Positions 48,973 through 56,945 of a DNA stretch of 64,000 bases are shown one piece after another (position 1 is the first letter of the stretch; each line of letters starts with the position of its first letter). This DNA comes from Acutalibacteraceae bacterium (GTDB taxonomy: Bacteria > Bacillota > Clostridia > Oscillospirales > Acutalibacteraceae): assembly GCA_045646305.1 (NCBI GenBank), contig JAZRKK010000065.1, positions 11,660-75,659 on the forward strand, read 5' to 3'. Under the pieces are notes generated by a model. The model searched no databases, was not told where the DNA came from, and was given only the letters and a program-made list of their open reading frames with translations. The translations under genes and the position numbers were made by a program.

Positions 48973-49523
48973 AAAGGTGCATAGTTTTTTTGTGTGTATT
49001 TTGTGTTCTTGTGTTGTGTGGTTGTAGTTATCGTGAAATAGACCGTGGGTATTTGGTAACAGCTATTGGCTTTCAAAAAGAAAATGTGAAATCCAAAATT
49101 TATATCGAGGCGATTTCATCATCCGATGTTAACGACAGCCCCCCTACACGCGTTGTGCTAGAAAGCGAGGGCTCTAACTTTGAAAACGCATTAACCAACC
49201 TTAACCGTTCGCTTGTAAAGCCATTATATTTCGAGCAATTAGGCGCCGCCGTTATCAGTGGCGACCAGACCGATGAAGGCATTTCGTTTTTAAAAAGCAT
49301 AAAAAACATAAACTATGGTATTTTTGTTGTAAAGACCGATGATATTGACTTGCTTTTTAAATCGCAAACTCCAAGTGGTGTTTTGGGATATGACATTATA
49401 GGCCTTATAAAAAATAACGGAAAATTTAAAAATCAGTTGTACCAAAACGGCAGATTGGATTTTTATCTTCCATTAGTAAATTTCAGCTCTGACAAACTGA
49501 CTTTAATGGAGGACACACTATGA
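48969..49523 (+). CDS. Ger(x)C-family germination lipoprotein, N-terminal half only
   Basis: 184 aa. Lipobox VLVLCGCSYREIDRGYLVTAIGF is typical of the GerxC N-terminus. This is about half the usual length, and the stop overlaps the next start. Confidence 0.7.
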   Translation: MKRCIVFLCVFCVLVLCGCSYREIDRGYLVTAIGFQKENVKSKIYIEAISSSDVNDSPPTRVVLESEGSNFENALTNLNRSLVKPLYFEQLGAAVISGDQTDEGISFLKSIKNINYGIFVVKTDDIDLLFKSQTPSGVLGYDIIGLIKNNGKFKNQLYQNGRLDFYLPLVNFSSDKLTLMEDTL

Positions 49524-50323
49524 CCAAAAAATATTCGACACACCTCTTTTCGCTTTGTGCGTTATTCGTGTTAGGGAACAGTATTATTTCATCCTCTGTT
49601 TATAATTTAAGCATTCTTGGACTATTTGTTTCGTTTGGTATTTCTTTTTTATTATTGGTTTTATCTTATTTAGTTTTCAAATTTTTTAAAAAGCAAAAAA
49701 TTATATTTCAAATTTTTCTATTTACGCTTTGCGCAACGGCAATTTGGGGCGCTGTATCTGCCTTTGCTGAGTATGTTGTATTTCTAAATTCAAATCAAAT
49801 GCCGCTTACAGGTATATATCTTTTATCGGTTGTGTTGATTGGCGTTGTAATTTTTATGTGCACTTGTAGTATATCTTCCATTTATAAATACTGTCTTTTT
49901 TCGGCTGTTATTTGCGGTTTGGTTATTATCGTTTGTTTTATAGGCGGTGTTAAAAACTATGATTTTTCAGTGATAAAAACACCCTTCCAAAAGCACACTT
50001 TAGCGCTAACCGACTTTTTGCCCATAATCATTTTGCCTATATTTCCCAAATTCAAATCACAAAGTTTTAAAGGTGTTTTCTTAGGAACATTATCCGCCTT
50101 TTCGGCAATTACCGTCTGCTTTTTTCAAACGCTTTTAACATTAGGCAGCGTAAAAAATGTAGATTACCCTTATTTAAAAGCTGTTAGCGTTATATCGTCA
50201 GGCAGTCTTTTTACTCGGCTTGATGGACTTGTGTATTTTTTGTTTTTTGTGACATCGGTCGTAAAAATGGCGGTATGTATAAAAGCGATTATTTTAACAA
50301 CCAAATATTTAAGTTCAAAATAA
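49520..50323 (+). CDS. GerAB-like germination permease subunit (short)
   Basis: 267 aa, polytopic, in the third position of a gerA-type operon. Shorter than typical B subunits. Confidence 0.6.
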   Translation: MTKKYSTHLFSLCALFVLGNSIISSSVYNLSILGLFVSFGISFLLLVLSYLVFKFFKKQKIIFQIFLFTLCATAIWGAVSAFAEYVVFLNSNQMPLTGIYLLSVVLIGVVIFMCTCSISSIYKYCLFSAVICGLVIIVCFIGGVKNYDFSVIKTPFQKHTLALTDFLPIIILPIFPKFKSQSFKGVFLGTLSAFSAITVCFFQTLLTLGSVKNVDYPYLKAVSVISSGSLFTRLDGLVYFLFFVTSVVKMAVCIKAIILTTKYLSSK

Positions 50324-50684
50324 AAGCGCCTCAAAGTGGGAGACACATCGTAAAGAAGTTTCTCCCAATTCTCTTTTTATATAAAAATTGACACTTTCAA
50401 CTTGAAAGTGTCATAATGGGTTACATAATTTGAAATAATACACATCTCAACGATACATACAATTAGTGTTATTGTGAGACCGGTCTCACAGTGATATTTT
50501 TCCTTGCGACAAAGTGATATTAAAACCTTTGGTTTTAGTTATATTATATTCGCCCTACAGCTCGCGAAGCGAATATCACTTGAACTTTAGTTCAAATATC
50601 ACTGCGAAGCAATATAACTCGCCTTTGGCGAATATAACTGAGGCACACTTCCATACGGAGTGTGCCTCTTATTGAGGCGCTTTT
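50322..50684. repeat. Inverted-repeat-bounded non-coding unit with a 9-mer repeat array (candidate sRNA or MITE-like element)
   Basis: 13-bp perfect terminal inverted repeats AAAAGCGCCTCAA (50322-50334) and TTGAGGCGCTTTT (50672-50684). AGTGATATT/AGTTATATT occurs at 50490, 50513 and 50537. AATATCACT/AATATAACT occurs at 50572, 50595, 50611 and 50631. There are short hairpins between the repeats, a terminal hairpin at 50640-50668, and no ORF of 60 aa or more. Confidence 0.5.
50388..50417 (+). promoter_or_regulatory. Strong sigma-A-like promoter with an embedded 12+12-bp palindrome
   Basis: TTGACA (50388-50393), an 18-nt spacer, then the extended -10 TGTCATAAT (50409-50417). TGACACTTTCAA-c-TTGAAAGTGTCA (50389-50413) is a perfect inverted repeat. 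No ORF lies downstream. Confidence 0.55.
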
Positions 50685-50698
50685 AAATTACCAAAAAC

Positions 50699-51229
50699 TT
50701 ATTCAATTCTCGAACCTAAAAATCTAGCCGCAACTTCAGCCAATTTTATATCGGTGTCGGTAAGGGTTGTATACCCATCTTTTTCAAGAAAAACCACGCT
50801 ACCGGTTATATCCCCTGCCGAAATTATTGGAGCCGCAACACAGATTTGGCGCTCACAACCATCAAGTGCAAAAACAGGTGTAGTATCATCTTTTAAAAAC
50901 ATTTGACGCTCTTCGGTAATTTTTTCAAGCTGAGCGCTAACCGGTTTTTCAAGTAATTCACGCTTTGGCGCACCGCCCACAGCCACGCAGTGATCACGGT
51001 CGCAAATAATAACTGCCAATCTGGTAGCCTCGGAAAGCGCCGCAGCATAATCGGCAGAAAAAGATGTCATCTCACCCATTGGCGAATACTTTTTGAAAAT
51101 AACTTCACCATTACTGGTAAAAATTTCCAACGGGTCTCCCTCACGGATTCGCATCGTTCTTCTAATTTCTTTTGGTATAACCACGCGACCGAGGTCATCA
51201 ATTCTTCTAACAATTCCAGTTGCTTTCAT
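50699..51229 (-). CDS. spoVT: Stage V sporulation protein T (AbrB-type N-domain plus GAF-like C-domain)
   Basis: The start was moved to ATG 51229 (AAGGAG 9 nt upstream). MKATGIVRRIDDLGRVVIPKEIRRTMRIREGDPLEIF is followed by a C-terminal domain of about 125 aa. At 176 aa it matches the size of SpoVT. Confidence 0.85.
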   Translation of the reverse strand: MKATGIVRRIDDLGRVVIPKEIRRTMRIREGDPLEIFTSNGEVIFKKYSPMGEMTSFSADYAAALSEATRLAVIICDRDHCVAVGGAPKRELLEKPVSAQLEKITEERQMFLKDDTTPVFALDGCERQICVAAPIISAGDITGSVVFLEKDGYTTLTDTDIKLAEVAARFLGSRIE

Positions 51230-51328
51230 ATATAAATTCTCCTTTAATTTCAAATCGTGATACTATTATTTGTCAACAAAGAAAAATTATACTTTCGTTT
51301 AAAAATCGTTTGTTGACTTTTTCAACTA

Positions 51329-51368
51329 AAAATGATATCATAATATCAAGATATTATGATATCATTTT
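51329..51368. promoter_or_regulatory. 40-bp perfect palindrome (putative operator) upstream of the RHH/R-M unit
   Basis: AAAATGATATCATAATATC-aa-GATATTATGATATCATTTT: 19-bp arms with no mismatch. A TTGACT box lies at 51312-51317, and the GGAGG RBS follows directly. Confidence 0.7.
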
Positions 51369-51380
51369 GGAGGGTTGCAG

Positions 51381-51560
51381 ATGAACAATTCCAAGACTCC
51401 GACATCAAAAAAAATAGGTATTCCCTTACGATTAGAGCCTAAATTGTACGAAAAAATGATGGATAGAGTTCAAAAAAAGAAAAAAGAGCAACGAGGATAT
51501 AGTATTAATCAGTTGCTTACTGAATTACTTGAAAAAGAATTAAAGGAGAATAAATTATGA
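51381..51560 (+). CDS. Ribbon-helix-helix (CopG/Arc-type) small DNA-binding protein, putative R-M controller
   Basis: 59 aa from ATG 51381 (GGAGGG 6 nt upstream). The predicted beta-strand IGIPLRLEP and the two helices LYEKMMDRV and SINQLLTELLEKEL fit an RHH fold. The stop overlaps the next gene. Confidence 0.6.
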   Translation: MNNSKTPTSKKIGIPLRLEPKLYEKMMDRVQKKKKEQRGYSINQLLTELLEKELKENKL

Positions 51561-53940
51561 TTAGAACTGATATAATTTCTACTATAGGAAGAGAATATCT
51601 TACAACTAACATAGAAAATGATGAGTTTAGTTACCCCAAAGCATATAAGGAGGCGGGGCTAATCTTTTCTCCTATAAAAAATTCTTCTGGTAGAAAATTC
51701 GAAAAATTAGATATTCGTTTTGTAAAAGATGGAATAACTGTTCTTGTGGAAACCAAACAACAATTTGTTGACCTTGACGAAGAACAGCTATCTGCTTATG
51801 TTGAATATGAAAAAGCGCTTACTGGAAATAAGATAATAGCAATATTGGCTAACACTGAAAACGATAGCATTAAAGTTTGGCGTGGTGTTGTTTCTAACAA
51901 TACTATTCTTGAAAAAGAAAATTCTTTGCGTTCGATGAACGAATATATAGATTTCTATACTTCAAAAATTAATGACAAAGAAAAAATTATGTCAAATACA
52001 TATAAGCTAAACAAAATGTTGCACAAGCACGGAATTGCTGAAGAATTGAGAAGCCAATTTGTAGGCACCTGTTTGTTAAGTTTAAAAAATGGTCTCGATT
52101 ATAATATCCCCTCATTATCAGCTTCCCAAATAAGAGCTCGGATTAAAGACACTTTAGAAGATTTATTAACCAACGATATTAACAAGGCAGGAAAATTATC
52201 GTTATTAGAAAAAAATGTTCTTCTCTCGCAAGATATAAGGGCATTACCTGTTGAGAGTTTTCGTGAAATATTAAAATATATAGATAAAAATATTTTGCCA
52301 TTTATAAATGATAAAAGCACTTCAGGACAAGACTTATTGAACCTTTTCTTTGTAACATTCAATAAATATGTTAAAACCAATAAAAATCTAGCTTTTACAC
52401 CGGATCACATCACTAGTTTTATGGCAAAAATCACTGGAATAAATAAGCACTCTGTTATTCTCGATCCTTGTTGTGGAAGCGGGTCTTTTTTGGTGAGAGC
52501 TATGACACAAGCATTAGAGGATTGTTCGACGGAAAAAGAACAAGATAAAATTAAAAAGCAAAATATTTTTGGTATCGAATACGATGAAAATATCTATGGC
52601 CTGTCTACAACTAATATGCTGATACATTCTGACGGAAATTCCAACATAGTCCAAGGCAGTTGCTTTGATTTTGAAGAATGGATACAGGCAGCAAAGCCAA
52701 ACGTAATTTTAATGAATCCTCCATACAATGCACAAAGAAAACACATGCCAAAAGCTTATACAAAAAGTTGGAGCAGGGACAAGAAAGAGGATCCGTCAAA
52801 AGGTCTATATTTTGTTAAATATATAGCTGATACACTGAATAAAGTAGATCTTCAAGCAACTCTCGCTGTCTTACTGCCTGTTGCTTGTGCCATTGGCACT
52901 AGCAAAGTAATAGAAAAACTAAAAATCGAAATTCTAAAAGAAAATACTTTAGACGCTGTTTTTACTCTTCCAGGTGATGTGTTCCATCCTGCTGCTGCGC
53001 CTTCAGCGTGTTGCATGGTCTTCAAGATAGGAAAAAGCACACTGACATCAGCAATCCTGCTACGTTTTTTGGGTACTATAAAAACGATGGCTTCAAGAAA
53101 AAGAAAAATTTAGGAAGGGTAGAACAAACAGACGTTAATGGTTATAGTCTTTGGAATCAAATAGAAAAAAATTGGATTGAGCTTTATCGAGATAGAAAAT
53201 CAGTAGATGGTCTCTCTGCAACACAAAGAGTAACCGGTAAAGATGAGTGGCTATGCGAAGCATATATGAAAACTGATTACTCAACCTTAACCGAAGGTTT
53301 ATTTCAGCAGACAATTAATAACTATATGTCGTATTTAATTAAATTTGGAAAATACCCAAACGCTACTTTATCACCTTCTTCTGCCCAGAAATTAAACATT
53401 GTTGATTGGAAAGAATTTTTTGTTTTGAAAACAGATAATACCCCTGGACTATTTTTGATTGAAAGTTGTAAATGTGGATGTGCAGGTGACCTTGACGACG
53501 GAGAGGATTTAAATTATATAGGCGCAAAAAAATCAGATAATGGTGTTATGAAAAAAGTAGCAAAAGATGAGAATTTATTATCTACGGGCAATGGTATTTT
53601 ATTTATATGCGATGGTGAAGGTTCCGTTGGATACACTAATTATATGGATGAAGATTTTATAGGTTCCACAACTACCTCTATAGGCTACAATAAAAACTTA
53701 AATGTGTATAATGCCTTATTTATGGTAACTGTTTTAGATCAAGAAAAATTTAAATATTCTTATGGTCGAAAATATCGTGCAAACTTAGAAAAAATAACAA
53801 TTAAATTACCAATCAAATATAATAACGATAAAACGCCGTATATTGATGATACACATGAATATTCTAATGATGGTTATGTCCCTGATTGGGATTATATGGA
53901 GAAATATATAAAATCATTACCTTATGGAGATAGGATCTAA
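51557..53940 (+). pseudogene. Type IIG-like fused endonuclease / N6-adenine methyltransferase / specificity protein, split by a frameshift
   Basis: Track ORFs 51557-53113 and 53008-53940 overlap in different frames. There is an N-terminal PD-ExK-like motif (KLDIRF...VLVETKQ), motif I DPCCGSGSF, and motif IV NPPY (52715-52726). The methyltransferase C-terminal motif continues across the shift: ..CCMVFKIGK | KHTDISNPATFFGYYKNDGF. Adding one A to the A5 run at 53042-53046 restores a single ORF of about 795 aa. Confidence 0.7.
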
Positions 53941-53943
53941 CAA

Positions 53944-53974
53944 CAAAAGCGAGGTGAAATTCACCTCGCTTTTG
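53944..53974. terminator. Palindromic terminator H1 (GCGAGGTGAAATTCACCTCGC family)
   Basis: CAAAAGCGAGGTG-aaatt-CACCTCGCTTTTG, 4 nt after the stop codon at 53940. Shared by the convergent remnant B. Confidence 0.75.
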
Positions 53975-54045
53975 TTATGTATAAAAACCGCCGAAAAACC
54001 CTGTTTTGACACCAATGCGTTCAATGGGGCAAACCGGCGATAACC

Positions 54046-54126
54046 CTAGTGTTTATGCGGTTTTCTCGACTTTTGTCCTATTATACCATATTCCTCAATT
54101 CTTCTCACAATTCCAGTTGCTTTCAT
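54046..54126 (-). pseudogene. spoVT/abrB 5'-end remnant B (26-codon ORF MKATGIVRRIEEYGIIGQKSRKPHKH)
   Basis: Hand translation. The first 10 codons are identical in protein to spoVT. AAGGAG lies upstream, and the sequence diverges after RRIE. Confidence 0.65.
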
Positions 54127-54378
54127 ATATTCATTTCTCCTTATCGACATTTTGTAGGGGACGGCGAAAAAACATCGATATCCAAACGGGATGTCGTAAA
54201 CGCCATCCCCTACAACAAAATTTTCAAATTGTTATGTTAGTATTTGTGATTAAAGGGAATTTATATTTGCTATTTATCATTTTTTGATTACAACTAACGG
54301 TTGTAAAATTTACAAATACCAAACGCTTGAATATTTTACTAAATGCAATTATACTTATGTTAAAGGAGTTGATTTATA

Positions 54379-55956
54379 ATGACATTAGGAAAATCAATCA
54401 TTAAAATACGCAACGCCATGAATTTATCGCAAGAACAATTTGCATCTATTTTTGACGTATCTCAACAATCGGTACAAAAGTGGGAAAGTGAAAATTCCTC
54501 ACCTTCACTTGATAAAATTATACAGATTTCAAAATATTTTGGTATTTCTTTAGATGCGTTGATTTTAGGAAATGACAACCGCATCGTAGAAGAAATGAAA
54601 AACTCTCATCTTGTGAAACCACAATATGAAAATATTCATGAATGGGAGTTTTATTCTTCAAATCTTTTAACCGAATATGCGCAATCTATAGAAGAAGGTT
54701 TAGATATTGAAAGGTATAAAGATATTTTTTCTTCTATAGCTAAATTACCCCAAAACGAAATTAAGAAAAAATTTGGTGATGTACTTTACGAAATTATAAG
54801 TAATGCAAACCAACGAAAAGATTATCCGTATATAGAGCCTTCAGATTTAGAAACTATCCAAAATTTAAGAAAGTCCTATTCCTATGAACCGCAATCGGAA
54901 ATAAACATTGAAGATAAGATTTTTGGTGCTTGGTTAGGTAGGATTTGCGGTTGTATGCTCGGTAAAACTTTAGAAGGAATTCGTACCAGCGAACTTATTC
55001 CATTTCTAAAAGCAACAAACAATTTCCCTTTACATCGCTATATTTCACAAGATGACACAAAAAATGAAATTACTCAAAAATTCGTATTTTCAATTGTTAA
55101 CAGACCACTAGCAGATTGCGTTGATGGTATGCCAGTAGATGATGATACCAACTATACCGTTTTATATCAGGAAATTATTGAAACATATGGAAAAGATTTT
55201 ACTCCTTTCGACATAGCTCAGACTTGGTTGAAACTTCAGTCTAAAGATTCCTATTGTACCGCCGAAAGAGTTGCTTTTTGTAATTTTGTGAAGGGTTATG
55301 CCCCACCTGAATCAGCAATTTACAAAAATCCTTATCGTGAATGGATTGGAGCACAAATTCGCGCAGATTACTTCGGATATATTAATCCCGGCAACCCAGA
55401 ACTTGCCGCAGAAATGGCATGGCGTGATGCATCTATATCACATACTAAAAACGGAATTTACGGTGAAATGTTTGTGGCGGCAATGCTCAGTATTGCTGCA
55501 GAAACAAATAATATCAGAGATATTATATTTGGCGGTCTTGCTCAAATTCCTCATACCTCCAGACTTTATGAAGAAATTATGTTTGTTTTGAACGCTTTCG
55601 AAACAAACATATCTAAAGAAGAGTGTTTCAAAACAATCCATGACAAATATGATGAATATACTGCACACGGTTGGTGTCATACCATTCCAAATGCAATGAT
55701 TGTAGCTGCATCACTTCTTTATGGAAACAGCGATTATGGCAAATCTATTTGTATGGCGGTAGAAACAGGATTTGATACGGATTGTAACGGTGCTACAGTT
55801 GGCTCAATTTTAGGTATGGCAAATGGCGTTGATACCATTCCTGAATATTGGTCAAAACCAATTAATAATACCTTACACACTTCGATTTTTGGTGTGGGTA
55901 CTGTGAAAATTAGTGATAGAGTAAAAATGACATTGAGGCACATAAATGAAAAATAA
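54379..55956 (+). CDS. XRE-type HTH domain fused to an ADP-ribosylglycohydrolase-family domain
   Basis: 525 aa. The N-terminus LSQEQFASIFDVSQQSVQKWESENSSPSLDKIIQISKYFGISLDALI is a classic HTH_3. The C-terminal ~350 aa have ARH-family features (GAWLGRICGCMLGKTLEG ... ETGFDTDCNGATVGSILG). Confidence 0.7.
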   Translation: MTLGKSIIKIRNAMNLSQEQFASIFDVSQQSVQKWESENSSPSLDKIIQISKYFGISLDALILGNDNRIVEEMKNSHLVKPQYENIHEWEFYSSNLLTEYAQSIEEGLDIERYKDIFSSIAKLPQNEIKKKFGDVLYEIISNANQRKDYPYIEPSDLETIQNLRKSYSYEPQSEINIEDKIFGAWLGRICGCMLGKTLEGIRTSELIPFLKATNNFPLHRYISQDDTKNEITQKFVFSIVNRPLADCVDGMPVDDDTNYTVLYQEIIETYGKDFTPFDIAQTWLKLQSKDSYCTAERVAFCNFVKGYAPPESAIYKNPYREWIGAQIRADYFGYINPGNPELAAEMAWRDASISHTKNGIYGEMFVAAMLSIAAETNNIRDIIFGGLAQIPHTSRLYEEIMFVLNAFETNISKEECFKTIHDKYDEYTAHGWCHTIPNAMIVAASLLYGNSDYGKSICMAVETGFDTDCNGATVGSILGMANGVDTIPEYWSKPINNTLHTSIFGVGTVKISDRVKMTLRHINEK

Positions 55957-56842
55957 AATACTTGTAATAGGCAGTGCAAATATAGACCTTGTTATACATT
56001 CCGACAAAATGCCCAAACTTGGTGAAACCTTGATTGGAAATAATTTTCAAACGAATGCAGGCGGCAAGGGACTTAACCAAGCCGTTGCAATAGCAAAGCT
56101 AAACGGTAATGTTTCGTTTTTAGGAGCAGTTGGGAAGGACTCTAACGGCGAATTTTTACTAAACACCTTAACGGAATATGGTGTAGAGTTTAAGGGAAAC
56201 ATTTCCGAAAACGCACCCACCGGCACCGCAATGATAACCGTTGTTGGCGGTGATAACTTCATTTTGCTGGATGCCGGTGCTAATAAAACCATTACCCCTG
56301 ATGTTGTTCGCGAGAAAAAGGAGCTTATTGCCAAAAGCGATTTTTGCGTTTTACAGCTTGAAATTCCAACCGAAACCATTTTGGAAATTTGCAAAATTGC
56401 ACAAGAAAACTGCACAAAGGTAGTTTTTAATCCCGCACCGTTTAAACAATTACCCAAAGAAATATATTCTTTTGTAGATTATCTTATTCCAAACGAACAC
56501 GAAGCCGAATCTCTTACAGGAATTTGTATAGATAGTAAGGCTTCGATAATAAAAGCAATAGAAAAAATCAAGCTGCTCGGCGTAAAAGATGTTGTTATAA
56601 CTTTAGGTGACAGAGGTTGTGCTTATACCGATGGCAACCAAGTGGTTTTCCGGTCTGCAGAAAATGTAACAGCAGTAGATACCACCTCTGCCGGAGATTG
56701 CTTTATCGGTGCGCTTATATCAGTGCTTTCTAAAAACAAGCCTATTTCTGAGGCGATAACTTTTGCTACCAAAGCGTCGGCGATCACCGTGACGCGCGAA
56801 GGAGCAGCAAAATCAATTCCCTTTGCAAATGAAGTGGAATAA
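55946..56842 (+). CDS. rbsK: Ribokinase (PfkB family)
   Basis: 298 aa. ILVIGSANIDLV, NAGGKGLNQAVA and DTTSAGDCFIGAL. The start overlaps the upstream gene by 11 nt. Confidence 0.8.
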   Translation: MKNKILVIGSANIDLVIHSDKMPKLGETLIGNNFQTNAGGKGLNQAVAIAKLNGNVSFLGAVGKDSNGEFLLNTLTEYGVEFKGNISENAPTGTAMITVVGGDNFILLDAGANKTITPDVVREKKELIAKSDFCVLQLEIPTETILEICKIAQENCTKVVFNPAPFKQLPKEIYSFVDYLIPNEHEAESLTGICIDSKASIIKAIEKIKLLGVKDVVITLGDRGCAYTDGNQVVFRSAENVTAVDTTSAGDCFIGALISVLSKNKPISEAITFATKASAITVTREGAAKSIPFANEVE

Positions 56843-56845
56843 ACC

Positions 56846-56874
56846 AAAAGCGAGGTGAATTTCACCTCGCTTTC
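56846..56874. terminator. Palindromic terminator H2 (same family as H1)
   Basis: AAAAGCGAGGTGAATTTCACCTCGCTTTC, 4 nt after the rbsK stop. Confidence 0.75.
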
Positions 56875-56945
56875 GTTATGTATCGGTCAAAATATGCTAT
56901 TTTCGTCAAAAATTTTTCTTCAAAAATCGCCCATAAACCCTGTGT

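Noticed and set aside
50418-50446. Possible dif/Xer site (TTACATAAT resembles the XerD arm TTATGTAA of Firmicute dif)
   Set aside because: Only about 9 nt match. The presumptive XerC arm and central region do not fit the 11-6-11 dif layout (the inner ATAA/TTAT symmetry is absent). Nothing else suggests the replication terminus.
50500-50640. Cluster of GCGAA cores that might be Spo0A boxes (TGNCGAA)
   Set aside because: Only one perfect match (TGGCGAA near 50626) and a few 6/7 matches were found. The recurrence is explained better by the 9-mer/hairpin repeat unit itself. This is left as an untested alternative.
53008-53940. Independent specificity (S-like) subunit gene starting at GTG 53008
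   Set aside because: The first ~35 codons of this ORF continue a conserved methyltransferase motif (..FFGYYKNDGF..) that belongs to the upstream ORF. The 105-nt out-of-frame overlap is resolved by a single A insertion. It is therefore interpreted as one frameshifted gene.
54006-54287. Plus-strand track ORFs over the remnants (54006-54287, 54049-54240, 56855-57061, 56878-57111, 58610-58960)
   Set aside because: They lie opposite the recognisable minus-strand spoVT/abrB fragments and cross terminator hairpins and promoters. They have no RBS and no recognisable domains.
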